Part shown: positions 26,915 through 37,000 of the stretch, in pieces
How the letters are laid out: each line of letters starts with the position of its first letter
Numbering within the stretch: the first letter of the stretch is position 1
Source: an uncultured Gammaproteobacteria bacterium
GTDB lineage: Bacteria; Patescibacteriota; Microgenomatia; UBA12405; JAHJSD01
Direction of reading: 5' to 3'
DNA length: 64,000 bases
NCBI GenBank assembly: GCA_964498425.1
Contig: CAZCGQ010000002.1
Coordinates: 130,278-194,277 of the forward strand
Translations under genes and position numbers: made by a program
The notes under the pieces: model-generated
Databases searched by the model: none
Told to the model about the DNA's origin: nothing
Seen by the model: only the letters and a program-made list of their open reading frames with translations

Positions 26915-27706
26915 TCAGCGCCAGTTGGTTACCAAAAATAAAGCAATGAATGTACCTAAACCAACCAGAACAAATTCTCGGATTGTTTCTTTAAATAATT
27001 TTTCCTGACAGTAAGCGTGACTTAATCCTAGAAAGACGTAAGCAATACTAGTCAAGTATAAAGAAGCTTTAGTTACTTCCAAGGGCCAATATGAAACAGC
27101 TAGAGCAACTTCTCCCAATATTAGCGAAAAAACTATAGCTAAACGTAAATTTTTCCAAGCAAATGGCCGCTTTAATCGAATACTCCAAAAATAGTGGATT
27201 AAAATTGGTATATTTGCCGCTAAAATTAGACCACCATTATGCCAACTGGGTAGACGAAAGGAGAAAACTACTTCATAAATAAAGAAGGAAGTAACTAAGG
27301 TTATTAAAAAACCAACAATATTGGCCGCCCTAATTAACGGAACCGTTTTTATCTCAGCAGAAACTAAAAATACATTTTCAATTAAAAACAAGGTATAGAT
27401 GCCAAAAAGAAAAACAACCAGCAGCACTAGTTCCCATACCCAGTTAACCGCAAACAAAAACCTAAATAAACTAATTCCCAGGGAAAACATCAACGGCAAA
27501 AAGGCACTGACTAAAAGATTGCGTTTATTTTTCGCCATCGAATAAAAAAGGATAATTTGGAAAATTGCTGACCCCAAAGAAAATCCAACAATTCCAGTAT
27601 ATTTCCACTGAAAAGAAACTAGGCTAAGTAAAAAATAGGCTGTTGTTAAAATCAGACTGGATATCAAAAAATAAGCTCGTTTAGACATTAACAAAAACCT
27701 CCTCAA
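26915..27706 (-). CDS. Hypothetical polytopic membrane protein (263 aa)
   Basis: ORF with about 8 hydrophobic helices. Confidence 0.4.
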   Translation of the reverse strand: MRRFLLMSKRAYFLISSLILTTAYFLLSLVSFQWKYTGIVGFSLGSAIFQIILFYSMAKNKRNLLVSAFLPLMFSLGISLFRFLFAVNWVWELVLLVVFLFGIYTLFLIENVFLVSAEIKTVPLIRAANIVGFLITLVTSFFIYEVVFSFRLPSWHNGGLILAANIPILIHYFWSIRLKRPFAWKNLRLAIVFSLILGEVALAVSYWPLEVTKASLYLTSIAYVFLGLSHAYCQEKLFKETIREFVLVGLGTFIALFLVTNWR

Positions 27707-28379
27707 CGTCGGGGTGATTTTTTACCGTTTCTAAAAACGCCTCAATCTCTTTCCTTTGATCGGCATCAACTGCTAAATTATCATTTGCAACTAACCTAAC
27801 TCCTTGCGAGACAACTTCAAATTTCTCCTCTATTTGATCAACAAACTCTCTTATTTTTTCCGGTTGAATTGAAACAATTACTTGATTTTCTTTTTCAATA
27901 AAATCCTCAACTCCATAGTCAATCAAATTTAGTATGGTATCTTCACTATCTTTTTTAACCACTACCCTACCCTGGCGTGAAAATTTATAACTAACTGAAC
28001 CCGGCTCAGCCAACCCCCCACCGTGCTTATCGAATATATTTTTAACCTCTTGAATTGTTCTTTGTCGGTTATCAGTTACAGCCTTAATCAAAACAGCCAA
28101 GCCAAATGGACCGTAGCCTTCTAAAACTACCTCATTTGAAGCTTTCTGTTTTTTAAGAGCATTATCTATTGCTCTCTTAATATTTTCCTTAGGCATATCC
28201 TCTTCTTTGGCCCGATCAATTGCCTGGCGAAGCTGAACGTTCTTATCTGGATCAGGCGACCCACCTTCTTTCACTGCTGCCGTTATCAAACTGGACAATT
28301 TGCTAAAAACCTTAGCTCTTGCCCGATCTTGAGAATTTTTTTGGCGTTTAATATTTTCCCACTTAGAATGTCCCGACAT
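27681..28379 (-). CDS. yebC: YebC/PmpR-family transcriptional regulator
   Basis: MSGHSKWENIKRQK...N-terminus and overall length are typical of YebC. Confidence 0.85.
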   Translation of the reverse strand: MSGHSKWENIKRQKNSQDRARAKVFSKLSSLITAAVKEGGSPDPDKNVQLRQAIDRAKEEDMPKENIKRAIDNALKKQKASNEVVLEGYGPFGLAVLIKAVTDNRQRTIQEVKNIFDKHGGGLAEPGSVSYKFSRQGRVVVKKDSEDTILNLIDYGVEDFIEKENQVIVSIQPEKIREFVDQIEEKFEVVSQGVRLVANDNLAVDADQRKEIEAFLETVKNHPDVEEVFVNV

Positions 28380-29290
28380 TATTGTATTTTAACATTTTCA
28401 ATCAATAATTCGATGTCACCAAATCCTTTCTCCACCCCAACTTTAATAGAACACCCTAAAACTCGGCTTAAACGTTGAACTGAATAGGTATTTTTCTGCT
28501 CCTCCCGACTAAGGTTAATAACACAACCATCAACCTCAGCCTCCAAACCATCAACTTCTACAACCCTAATTCCAATATTCTCCGGAATTGAACTAATTTT
28601 ATTCGCTAAGCCGCTTTTTTCACCAACGTTAAAAACCGACATAGTTAAACCCTCATTTTTAATAACCGGGTCAGAAAAATAAGTCCAAAACTGCTCATCA
28701 ATTTTTTCCGGTTCAATCTTGTAAATCTGAGAACCGTCTGCCAACTGTTCACTTTCGCCATAATTTTCTAAATCGATCACTTGCCAAACCAAATCATTTT
28801 TATTTAAAAATCGCCACAATCGCCAATTAGTAATATTTTGAGGAGGAAAAAGCAAATTTCGAAAACCTTTTTTTAAAAAAGACTGGCTTAAATCTTCTAC
28901 TTTTAAATTTGTATCCATTAAACCAACATCAACCGGCAAACCAAAATAATAACTCAAACTTCTTGCATAAATAGCTTGATTGCTCTCCTGTTCCGCTAAA
29001 AGAGGGAGTTTACCTACTTGATAAGAACCATGCCAAGGCGTTTCAATCATTGTTTTGGAAGGAACTCTGACCACAACGACCATATCCTTAGCTGGAGTAA
29101 CCGTCATTAACAAAGAATCCTGATCAGCTGTTTCCACACCAAAAGAAATTTGATCAACTCCCGACCAAGCTTGATTAGTCTTTATCAACCTCCAACCAAT
29201 AAGCAAAAATAAGGCTGATATCAGGCCTAAAATTATTAAAAATAATTTATTTAAATTAGATTTTCGTTTTTTCTTTCTTGGCATGTTCAA
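28379..29290 (-). CDS. Putative LytR-CpsA-Psr (LCP) family cell-envelope phosphotransferase
   Basis: N-terminal basic tail plus TM anchor. An LCP-like core is present (DSLLMTVTP...VVVVRVPSKT...YYFGLPVDVG). Confidence 0.45.
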   Translation of the reverse strand: MNMPRKKKRKSNLNKLFLIILGLISALFLLIGWRLIKTNQAWSGVDQISFGVETADQDSLLMTVTPAKDMVVVVRVPSKTMIETPWHGSYQVGKLPLLAEQESNQAIYARSLSYYFGLPVDVGLMDTNLKVEDLSQSFLKKGFRNLLFPPQNITNWRLWRFLNKNDLVWQVIDLENYGESEQLADGSQIYKIEPEKIDEQFWTYFSDPVIKNEGLTMSVFNVGEKSGLANKISSIPENIGIRVVEVDGLEAEVDGCVINLSREEQKNTYSVQRLSRVLGCSIKVGVEKGFGDIELLIENVKIQ

Positions 29291-29975
29291 GTATTTTCTT
29301 TAACTCCCCAGGTAAACCAACCTTAAAACTAACCCTTTCTTCTTTTTCTGGATGCAAAAAAGCAATTTCCTGGGCAACCAAAAACATTGTTCGGTCCTCT
29401 CCTAACTTTCCTCCATAAAGACTGTCGCCGTAAATCGGATGCCCCAGATACTGCAAATGGACGCGAATTTGATGAGTCCTGCCGGTTTTTGGCCAAACCT
29501 CAACCAAAGTATACACGTTTCCTTCTATGAAATACTTTCCAACCGGTTTAAACCGAGTTTCCGCCTTTTTACCATCAGGATTAACCCCATACCTTAATCT
29601 ATTATATGGTAAACGTCCAACCGGGCTGACAACCTTACCTTCACTCTTTAAATCACCCCGAACCAAAGCAAGATATTTTTTCTTAACCTGTCTACTCTTA
29701 AACTGACCTTGCAAAAAATCAAATGCTTCCTTATTTTTAGCCCCTAAAATTATACCCCAAGTATCTTTATCCAACCGGTGGACGATACCTCCTCTATTTT
29801 TTTGAAAATTGTAATTTGAAAATTGAATATTTTTGACCACCCAATCCTCAAGGGTTTTTCCTTGATAAGTATCAACGTTAAGAGTCACCCAATTGGCTGG
29901 CTTATTAACAAGAAAAATAGACCTATCCTCGAAGATTATTTGAGGTTTATGATTCCTTTTCTCGACACTTGACAC
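29256..29975 (-). CDS. RluA-family pseudouridine synthase
   Basis: Carries HRLDKDTWGIIL (catalytic Asp) and HQIRVH motifs. Confidence 0.8.
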   Translation of the reverse strand: MSSVEKRNHKPQIIFEDRSIFLVNKPANWVTLNVDTYQGKTLEDWVVKNIQFSNYNFQKNRGGIVHRLDKDTWGIILGAKNKEAFDFLQGQFKSRQVKKKYLALVRGDLKSEGKVVSPVGRLPYNRLRYGVNPDGKKAETRFKPVGKYFIEGNVYTLVEVWPKTGRTHQIRVHLQYLGHPIYGDSLYGGKLGEDRTMFLVAQEIAFLHPEKEERVSFKVGLPGELKKILEHAKKEKTKI

Positions 29976-30330
29976 ATTTAGTAGTTTCCGGGTAGACCAT
30001 CAACCGCTTAGTATTAATAAACTGGCCGCACTTTTCACAAATACCATACTGACCAACTTTAATTCTTGCCAATGCCTTCTTAATTTGGATTATTCTCTTG
30101 TTCATTTGGCCGGATATTGCCTTAGCCCGAGCGTGGCCAAACTGCTCGTCAGCCTCCATATCCGGTTTGGCATTTTCATTAACCCGATCCTCGTTAGCAA
30201 ACGGATCGTCTTTTTCAACTTGAGCAACCTGCCTAGTTATTTTTTTTAACTCCTCAGTTAAAAACGTTTTTACCGGTTCCAAAACAGCCTGAGGAAAAGT
30301 AAATTTTTGCTTCTCTTTCTTTTTTGTCAT
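29947..30330 (-). CDS. DksA/TraR-family C4 zinc-finger protein
   Basis: C-terminal CEKCGQFI...CVKC four-Cys finger with an acidic coiled-coil N-terminus. Confidence 0.7.
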   Translation of the reverse strand: MTKKKEKQKFTFPQAVLEPVKTFLTEELKKITRQVAQVEKDDPFANEDRVNENAKPDMEADEQFGHARAKAISGQMNKRIIQIKKALARIKVGQYGICEKCGQFINTKRLMVYPETTKCVKCREKES

Positions 30331-30333
30331 AAT

Positions 30334-30894
30334 TTAACCTCTTTGTTCCCGCCCGGAAAGTAAAACAATTCCGCTTATTCCACTGACAAGAACTAACGAC
30401 CAAACACTCAATTCTATCAACCACCTCTGCCAAAAATCAAGTCCAATCTGAAATATAGCTATTAAAATCAAGTTTATTAAGAAGAAAAAACCAACTCTTC
30501 CGCTAGGATACCAGCGAAAATTCCGATAATTCTTCCAAATAAAACCGCTGAGAACAAAAATCAAATAGACTACTCCCTCCACTAACCCAGCGTATGCAAC
30601 AGCTAAACTAACTAAACCCGGCCAAGCTAATGTTTCCATTATCGGCCAAAAACGCCAATCTAAGCTGGTACTGAAAACAAAAACCACGACAGTAACTGCC
30701 ATTAGATAACCAAAAAGGTGTAAATGCAAACCAACCAAATTAACTAAATACTGCCAAGCCAAACTAATTGCCAAACCTAGTAAAGATGCTTTAACTATCT
30801 GGTTTTCCGGATAATCATCTTTCAGTAATCGATAGGCTTGAAATAAAAAAATAAATCCGGCTAAAATTTGAAGAATCAACCGCACCTGTTGCAT
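30334..30894 (-). CDS. Hypothetical membrane protein (Trp-rich, ~5 TM)
   Basis: ORF. Start trimmed to ATG 30894 (MQQVRLIL...) so it does not overlap tRNA-Leu. Confidence 0.4.
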   Translation of the reverse strand: MQQVRLILQILAGFIFLFQAYRLLKDDYPENQIVKASLLGLAISLAWQYLVNLVGLHLHLFGYLMAVTVVVFVFSTSLDWRFWPIMETLAWPGLVSLAVAYAGLVEGVVYLIFVLSGFIWKNYRNFRWYPSGRVGFFFLINLILIAIFQIGLDFWQRWLIELSVWSLVLVSGISGIVLLSGREQRG

Positions 30895-30935
30895 TTGATG
30901 ATTATAACACGTCTTTATGTTAAAATTAGGCATCA

Positions 30936-31024
30936 GCCGCGGTGGTGGAATTGGCAGACACGCAGGTCTCAAAAACCTGTGAGGTTTACCCCTCGTGCCG
31001 GTTCAACTCCGGCCCGCGGCACCA
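30936..31024 (+). tRNA. tRNA-Leu (anticodon CAA), class II, CCA encoded
   Basis: GCCGCGG-TG-GTG/GAATTGGCAGA/CAC-G-CAGGT/CTCAAAA/ACCTG-long variable arm-CCGGG... TTCAACT ...-CCGCGGC-A-CCA. It is close to E. coli tRNA-Leu(CAA). Confidence 0.8.
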
Positions 31025-31036
31025 AAAAAAGACGTT

Positions 31037-31441
31037 TTAAAACACCCTCAATCCTTGTTTCTCGTAAAACCTGTCAAATGAGAAAACTCCATCCAATTCA
31101 TTTATTTTAACCATAGCTACATTTAAACAATCTATCCAAGAACTTCCCTTTTTATCTTGACTCAAGAAAATCTCATCGGCCATATTTTCAACCTGAGCAT
31201 TATAATCTAATTCAATCAATTTTCTTTTCCTTACCTCATTCAAAAACCGCTTAGCTATAGTCTGATTAACTTTGTATGACAATACTGTAACTGCCTCTGG
31301 AACAGTGAAGGGAGTTATAAATAATTTGTCATTTATTAGTTCCTTTGAAATTGTCAATGCTTTTTGATGGTTACTATCATCATTCTTCGCCAAAGCAACC
31401 AGAGCATCCGCGTCAACCAGTATCTTTTTTATTTTCATCAT
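31037..31441 (-). CDS. PIN-domain ribonuclease (VapC-like toxin)
   Basis: 134 aa. N-terminal LVDADALVAL contains the conserved PIN Asp, and the size is typical of VapC. Confidence 0.6.
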   Translation of the reverse strand: MMKIKKILVDADALVALAKNDDSNHQKALTISKELINDKLFITPFTVPEAVTVLSYKVNQTIAKRFLNEVRKRKLIELDYNAQVENMADEIFLSQDKKGSSWIDCLNVAMVKINELDGVFSFDRFYEKQGLRVF

Positions 31442-31673
31442 ACAAATACTTATCTAAATTATCAGATAAATTTTTTGGGCCACCCGAAATGTTAGCATCG
31501 GCCAACTTCCATAAATCATTTTTTTCTTTTGGTAAAACATACATAATTTTTCGTTTTAAACCAAAAGAAATCATTTTTCGTATAATTTCAGCCATAGATG
31601 TATCCAATTTTTTGGCTATTCTGTTCAACTCCGCGTGCTGCCCCTCCGGTAAATATATTTGAGTTCTTAGCAT
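31413..31673 (-). CDS. Putative RHH/CopG-like antitoxin (VapB-like)
   Basis: Start placed at MLRTQIYLPEGQHAELNRIAKKLDTSMAEIIRKM (87 aa). It overlaps the PIN gene start, a typical toxin-antitoxin arrangement. Confidence 0.4.
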   Translation of the reverse strand: MLRTQIYLPEGQHAELNRIAKKLDTSMAEIIRKMISFGLKRKIMYVLPKEKNDLWKLADANISGGPKNLSDNLDKYLYDENKKDTG

Positions 31674-31713
31674 TATGTTTAATGTATACCACAGATGTAT
31701 GTGGTTGTCAAGA

Positions 31714-33036
31714 TTATTTTTTAACGCCGAAAAAGGAGACTTTCTTCGGGTTGAAGTAAAGTTCAAACTGACCAACTGGACCGTTTCGGTGCTTAGCAAT
31801 ATCACAATTTACCAATTCCCTATTCTCGTCATCATCTCGATACAAAAACATAACTACGTCGCTGTCCTGTTCAATTGAACCCGATTCGCGCAAATCAGCC
31901 AATCGTGGCCGGTTGCCGCCTCTCTTCTCTACTGCCCGTGACAACTGAGATAAAGACAAAACCGGCACCTTAAGTTCTCTGGCTAAATTCTTTAAACCTT
32001 GAGAAATATCTGAAACTTCCTGAACCCGGCTGTCCCACCGGCGTCGAGAGTGCATTAGCTGTAAATAATCAACAATTATCAAATCCAAACCCTTTTCAAT
32101 TTGCAAACGCCTGGCTTTAGTTCTAATTTGAAGAATATTCAACCCGGGCGTGTCATCAATATATAAAGGTGCCTCTGCTAAAATACCCATTGCTTCTGAC
32201 AACCGAGACAAATCATCATCATTCAATTGTCCCGTTTTCATCTTCCAGGCATCAATATCGGCCTGGCGAACCAATAACCGATCAACCAATTCTTCCTTAC
32301 TCATTTCCAGCGAAAAAAAGCAAACCGACATTTTTTGTTCAACTGCAACATGCCGAGCAATGTTTAACGACCAAGCGGTTTTCCCCACCCCTGGTCGAGC
32401 AGCCAAAATAATTAAATTACTTTGCTGAAATCCAGCCAAATAATCATCTAAATCTTGAAATCCACTTGGAACTCCTCGTAAACCATCCGACCTTTTTTGC
32501 AGTTCATCCAACCGATCAAAACTTTCAGCCAACGCCTCGCGGAGCGAAGTCGGAATTTTCTTTAAGTGCTGTTGACTTAGTGAAAATATTTCCTGTTCTG
32601 CCTCATCCAGAGCCTCATCAGCAGCAATTTCATCATCAAAAGCAACCTGATTAATCTTCGCCGATGCCGATGCTAGTTCCCGCTTAGTGTGTAAATCCTT
32701 GACAATTTGAGCGTAAGAAACAGCGTGAGCTGAAGTAGGAACAGAATTAGCCAGCTTTGATAAATAAGACCGTCCGCCAACTTTATCTAACTTTTTTTTC
32801 TTCTTTAATCTCTCCGCCATCGTAACCAAATCAATCGGAACTCTTTCCTCATATAATTCCAGTGCCGCTTCAAAAATCGACTGATGACCAGACTCATAAA
32901 AACATTCCGGAGCTAAAACATCGGCTACTTCTACAACCGCATCCTTATCAATCATGATTGCCCCCAAAACTGAAGTCTCAGCTTGTTTTGAGTGGGGCGG
33001 AACTTTCAGCTGTTGAGGTGAGCTTCTTCCAACCAT
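31714..33036 (-). CDS. dnaB: Replicative DNA helicase DnaB
   Basis: 440 aa with an N-terminal domain, Walker A AARPGVGKTAWS, Walker B IIVDYLQLM, and an Arg finger. No intein is present. Confidence 0.9.
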   Translation of the reverse strand: MVGRSSPQQLKVPPHSKQAETSVLGAIMIDKDAVVEVADVLAPECFYESGHQSIFEAALELYEERVPIDLVTMAERLKKKKKLDKVGGRSYLSKLANSVPTSAHAVSYAQIVKDLHTKRELASASAKINQVAFDDEIAADEALDEAEQEIFSLSQQHLKKIPTSLREALAESFDRLDELQKRSDGLRGVPSGFQDLDDYLAGFQQSNLIILAARPGVGKTAWSLNIARHVAVEQKMSVCFFSLEMSKEELVDRLLVRQADIDAWKMKTGQLNDDDLSRLSEAMGILAEAPLYIDDTPGLNILQIRTKARRLQIEKGLDLIIVDYLQLMHSRRRWDSRVQEVSDISQGLKNLARELKVPVLSLSQLSRAVEKRGGNRPRLADLRESGSIEQDSDVVMFLYRDDDENRELVNCDIAKHRNGPVGQFELYFNPKKVSFFGVKK

Positions 33037-33039
33037 AAA

Positions 33040-33588
33040 TTATTTTAAAGCAAAATAGTCCGTACCTTCTTCAGTTAAATCGCTGTGCTTAACCTTGACT
33101 TTTTCGATCGCGTCTATGTCTTCTCTATCAATTTTATCCAAAAATTCTTTACCGATCTTGTAGCCAAAAACTATCCCTCTTGGTGAAAGTCTTTTAACAG
33201 CTTCTTCTGCTTCCTTAGCCTCTTTCTTACTGCCGGCTAAATCCAAAAATAATAAGTCCAACTGACCAAGTTTATCAACCTTTTTATGAGAGGGCTTCTC
33301 CCACTTGCCGCAAAGATAACACAATCTCCAACCTTCAATTCTAATCTCCCAGTAACCGTCCCCCGTGCTGGTAATTTGAGTTCCCCCAATTTCATACTCA
33401 CCCGGTCCAGGAACAACAAACGGCTGATCGCGGTTCATTGGAGTAACCTTATTAAGATTTACCTTATTTCCATTCCTGGGGATAACAATATCCACTTTTA
33501 TCTTATTATCCGGTATTCCTAATCCCAGGTAAGTCCGCTTAACCCGAACACGAAACAAATTTTCAATTGGATATTTGACTGTTAACAT
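33040..33588 (-). CDS. Hypothetical protein (182 aa)
   Basis: ORF only. Confidence 0.35.
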   Translation of the reverse strand: MLTVKYPIENLFRVRVKRTYLGLGIPDNKIKVDIVIPRNGNKVNLNKVTPMNRDQPFVVPGPGEYEIGGTQITSTGDGYWEIRIEGWRLCYLCGKWEKPSHKKVDKLGQLDLLFLDLAGSKKEAKEAEEAVKRLSPRGIVFGYKIGKEFLDKIDREDIDAIEKVKVKHSDLTEEGTDYFALK

Positions 33589-33718
33589 AACAATTAAATC
33601 TTAACATTAAGACCAAACCAATACAAGAACCACAATTATTTGTCGACCATAATATATCAAAATGCATCAAAATTACTGCTTGACAGGGAGAGTACCTTTT
33701 CATATTATAAGAGTAAGG

Positions 33719-34165
33719 ATGAAAAAAGAGTTAACCATAGCAATTTTTATCGGAATTCTTCTCGGCTTCGGATTAAGCGCATTTTTCTGGGCTAGAAATA
33801 ACCGGAAGATTCCCCTACTATCCTCTAGAAATCCTCAACCGACCAAACCAGAGGATATGCCCTCTCCAGTTCCAACTGAACCAGTTGAAAATGAGAATGT
33901 AACGCTAACCATCAATCAACCAGAAAACGAAATAGTAACCTCCGAAGAAAGCTTAGACATCCAAGGAACAACCATTCCTAATGCCACTGTTATTGTCATC
34001 TGGGAGGAAGGCGAGGATATCCTCGTCGCTGACAAATCCGGTAAATTTGAAACAGAAATTGAACTCATCGGCGGTGAAAATACTATTAATATTTCCGCTT
34101 ATGACAACCAAGGTGAACAATCTGCCCAAACCTTGACAGTAACCTATTCTACTGCTAAATTTTAA
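33719..34165 (+). CDS. Hypothetical secreted/membrane-anchored protein
   Basis: Start at MKKELTIAIFIGILLGFGLSAFFWA (signal anchor), followed by a beta-rich domain. Confidence 0.4.
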   Translation: MKKELTIAIFIGILLGFGLSAFFWARNNRKIPLLSSRNPQPTKPEDMPSPVPTEPVENENVTLTINQPENEIVTSEESLDIQGTTIPNATVIVIWEEGEDILVADKSGKFETEIELIGGENTINISAYDNQGEQSAQTLTVTYSTAKF

Positions 34166-34176
34166 CTAATCAACCA

Positions 34177-34971
34177 ATGAACAAAAAACTATTTGTAATC
34201 GCCTTTTTCTTGACACCATTGGCATTATTTATTCCCTATAAACTAAAGGCCCAAGAATCAACTGCCACTGCTTCCCCTACCACTGATCCGGACACAATCA
34301 AAGGGGTAAGGGAAGAAATCGAAAAGAAGGTACGGGATAAACTTGAAGAAATAGTTAATAAACAAACTAAAGTCGGCTGGATTGGTGAAGTTACTGATGT
34401 TTCTGAAACTGGGTTCAAAATTGAAGTTGACGGTGAAAACCGGACAGCAACCTTTAATGAAGATGCCGTTATTATTGATACTGACCGCCAGCAATTAACC
34501 TTTGATGACTTAGAAAAAGGCCAACGGGTAATTGCCATGGGTTACTCTCAAATTGACGGGACTTTAGACGCCCGAAGAATTGTCTTTACCGGAAAAAAAG
34601 AGCCGAGAGACAGACAGGCCATTTTCGGAACAATCACTGAAAAAGCCGAGCAGGATGAAATTATGTTAGTAAGAAATGGGCAGGAAAGTTATGAATTAAT
34701 CCTCGATAATAATTCTGCTATTGAAATGAAAACCGACGGGGAAATAACCGAAATTGAATATGACGAATTGGCTGTTGATCAAAAAATTGCCGCTGTCATC
34801 TCCCCCACCGACGGTAATACCAAAACTTATGAAGTTGAGGAACTACTGGTAATTTCCAGCCCAGCTCAAACGGAAGAAGCTACCCCAACCGAATCCGAAG
34901 AAACAGGGACGGAAATGGAAGACACCGACACCGGGACCACCGCCACCGAAACCGGAACAACTGCCCCTTAG
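34177..34971 (+). CDS. Hypothetical secreted protein with an acidic Thr/Glu-rich tail
   Basis: Signal peptide MNKKLFVIAFFLTPLALFIPYKLKA. The C-terminus is TEEATPTESEETGTEMEDTDTGTTATETGTTAP. Confidence 0.4.
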   Translation: MNKKLFVIAFFLTPLALFIPYKLKAQESTATASPTTDPDTIKGVREEIEKKVRDKLEEIVNKQTKVGWIGEVTDVSETGFKIEVDGENRTATFNEDAVIIDTDRQQLTFDDLEKGQRVIAMGYSQIDGTLDARRIVFTGKKEPRDRQAIFGTITEKAEQDEIMLVRNGQESYELILDNNSAIEMKTDGEITEIEYDELAVDQKIAAVISPTDGNTKTYEVEELLVISSPAQTEEATPTESEETGTEMEDTDTGTTATETGTTAP

Positions 34972-35015
34972 CTTATTCTCTACTCTCTAAACCACAATCT
35001 GCTAAAATATAAACC

Positions 35016-36263
35016 ATGGCTAACCAAGTACAAACCTTAAAGGGATTTCGAGACATTATGCCGGAGGAAATGGTTATTCGTCAGAGAGTAATAAACATCC
35101 TGCGCCGAACCTTTGAATCTTTTGGCTTTCAGCCAATCGCTACTCCCACCCTGGAATACGCGGAAGTTTTATTAAATAAATATGGTCAAGAAGCAGATAA
35201 ACTTGTTTACACTTTTAAAGATTTAGGCGACCGTCAAGTTGGGCTTAGATACGACCTAACTGTCCCCGTCGCCCGCTATCTAACCAGCAATCAAAATGAA
35301 ATTACCTATCCCTTTAAACGTTACCAAATCCAAAATGTTTTTCGAGCTGATAAACCCCAACGCGGCCGATTCCGAGAATTTACCCAATGTGACATCGACA
35401 CATTTGGAATTTCCACACCCCTGGCTGACGCAGAAATTACTCTAGTTATTTATACCGCTCTTAAGAACCTCGGTTTTGAAAAATTCACCATAAGAATTAA
35501 TGACCGGCAGTTGTTAACCGCAATGCTTAATCAGGCTGGAGTAGATAACAAAGACAAGCAGTCGTCAATTTTGCAGTCAATTGACAAACTAGATAAAAAA
35601 ACTAAACCGGCAATCACCCAGGAACTAAAAAACAAGGGGTTTGAAGAAAGCTTAATCAAAAATATTTTCAATAAATTAGATAACCTAACTCCTAGTCAGA
35701 ATTTAAACCAAATTTCTAATTTTCTTGATAAAAATGGGGTAAGCCGAGAATTCTATCAATTCAGTCCAAGTCTCATCCGGGGCCTAGACTATTACACCGG
35801 CCCAGTATTTGAAGCCGTTGTTACTAAACCAGATATCGGCTCAATTGGCGGTGGCGGCAGATACGACAATCTTGTCAACCAAATTGGTGGTCCCGATATT
35901 ACCGGAACCGGATTCTCATTTGGGTTAGAACGAGTTGTTGAGGTTATTAAAGATCAAAGTCTTTGGGAAAATATTTCCAGCAGTTCTACTAAAGTCTTAA
36001 TAACTATTTTCTCTCCGGAACTGGCAGAAAATTCAATGAGCACGGCCAGTAAATTTCGGCAAGAAGGAATAAACGCTGAACTGTACCTTAACCCCGAGGA
36101 GAGATTGAATAAGCAGTTAGACTACGCTAACAAGAAAAATATCCCCTGGGTGGTTATCATCGGCCCAGACGAAGTCAAAAGTAACTCTGTTACCCTCAAA
36201 AACATGAAAACTGGAAATCAACAAACCCTTTCTCTCCAAAAAGCAATTACCCAACTCCAATAA
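35016..36263 (+). CDS. hisS: Histidyl-tRNA synthetase
   Basis: Carries MANQVQTLKGFRDIMPEE, class II motifs 1-3 (FRAD..QRGRFREFTQCDIDTFG; GGGRYDNL), and an anticodon-binding domain. Confidence 0.9.
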   Translation: MANQVQTLKGFRDIMPEEMVIRQRVINILRRTFESFGFQPIATPTLEYAEVLLNKYGQEADKLVYTFKDLGDRQVGLRYDLTVPVARYLTSNQNEITYPFKRYQIQNVFRADKPQRGRFREFTQCDIDTFGISTPLADAEITLVIYTALKNLGFEKFTIRINDRQLLTAMLNQAGVDNKDKQSSILQSIDKLDKKTKPAITQELKNKGFEESLIKNIFNKLDNLTPSQNLNQISNFLDKNGVSREFYQFSPSLIRGLDYYTGPVFEAVVTKPDIGSIGGGGRYDNLVNQIGGPDITGTGFSFGLERVVEVIKDQSLWENISSSSTKVLITIFSPELAENSMSTASKFRQEGINAELYLNPEERLNKQLDYANKKNIPWVVIIGPDEVKSNSVTLKNMKTGNQQTLSLQKAITQLQ

Positions 36264-36319
36264 CCTTCAACTATTGTACTACGATCGTGGGGTAATAGTT
36301 GAAATTGCTAGGGGTTAAA

Positions 36320-37000
36320 TTACTTAATTAAATCCAGGGAGCCGTCGAGAATTTCTTCCAACTGGCGAGATTTTTTGCCAGTACGATGGTCAGTAACCCG
36401 ATTCTGTTGAAAATTATAAGTCCGAATTTTATCTGATCGACGGCCAGAACCAGCAGACTGCCGAATTTGACCAACATAACCCTTCTTTTTAGCCTGAGCT
36501 CTCTGCCACAGTTTGGAAGCAAGTAAACTTAAAGCAATCTGACGGTTTTTCTGCTGACTGCGTTCCTTCTGACACTCAACAGTAATTCCACTCGGCTTAT
36601 GAGTTAATCGAACTGCGGTTGAAACTTTGTTAACATTTTGACCGCCGTGTCCGCCAGCCCTAAAAAAGTCCCAGGTTAAATCCTCTTCCCGTATCTCTTT
36701 GGGGTTAACTGAAACTTTTGGTAAAACAATAACTACTGCCGTTGAAGTATGAATACGACCGTGCTTTTCTGTTTCCGGTATTCGCTGTACCCGGTGTGTT
36801 CCTGTTTCGCCTTGAAGAAACTTAAAAGCGTTTTGGCCGACAACTTGGAGCTTATCTTCATCAATTTTTCCTACCCGCCAACCCTTACTTTTAGCATGTT
36901 GTAGATACATTCGAAAAAGATCTTTAGCCCATATCTTCGCTTCTGTTCCACCAGCCCCCGGCTGGATTTCCAATATTGCTATGTTGGGGTTAATTTTCAT
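36320..37000 (-). CDS. Peptide chain release factor, RF1-like (PxT-type PET tripeptide + GGQ) lacking N-terminal domain 1 (226 aa)
   Basis: Codon-reader region [18 protein letters not shown] and GGQ loop [21 protein letters not shown]. In-frame TAA/TGA stops lie within the 95-nt gap to rpmE, so no upstream domain 1 is possible. Confidence 0.7.
   Translation of the reverse strand: MKINPNIAILEIQPGAGGTEAKIWAKDLFRMYLQHAKSKGWRVGKIDEDKLQVVGQNAFKFLQGETGTHRVQRIPETEKHGRIHTSTAVVIVLPKVSVNPKEIREEDLTWDFFRAGGHGGQNVNKVSTAVRLTHKPSGITVECQKERSQQKNRQIALSLLASKLWQRAQAKKKGYVGQIRQSAGSGRRSDKIRTYNFQQNRVTDHRTGKKSRQLEEILDGSLDLIK

Noticed and set aside
30868-31110. 80-aa plus-strand ORF over tRNA-Leu
   Set aside because: It overlaps the tRNA-Leu(CAA) gene and the translation is Arg/Pro-rich junk.
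31714-33036. Intein in DnaB (also considered for gyrase genes)
   Set aside because: The proteins have normal lengths (440, 662, 878 aa) with contiguous conserved motifs and no Hint/endonuclease insert.
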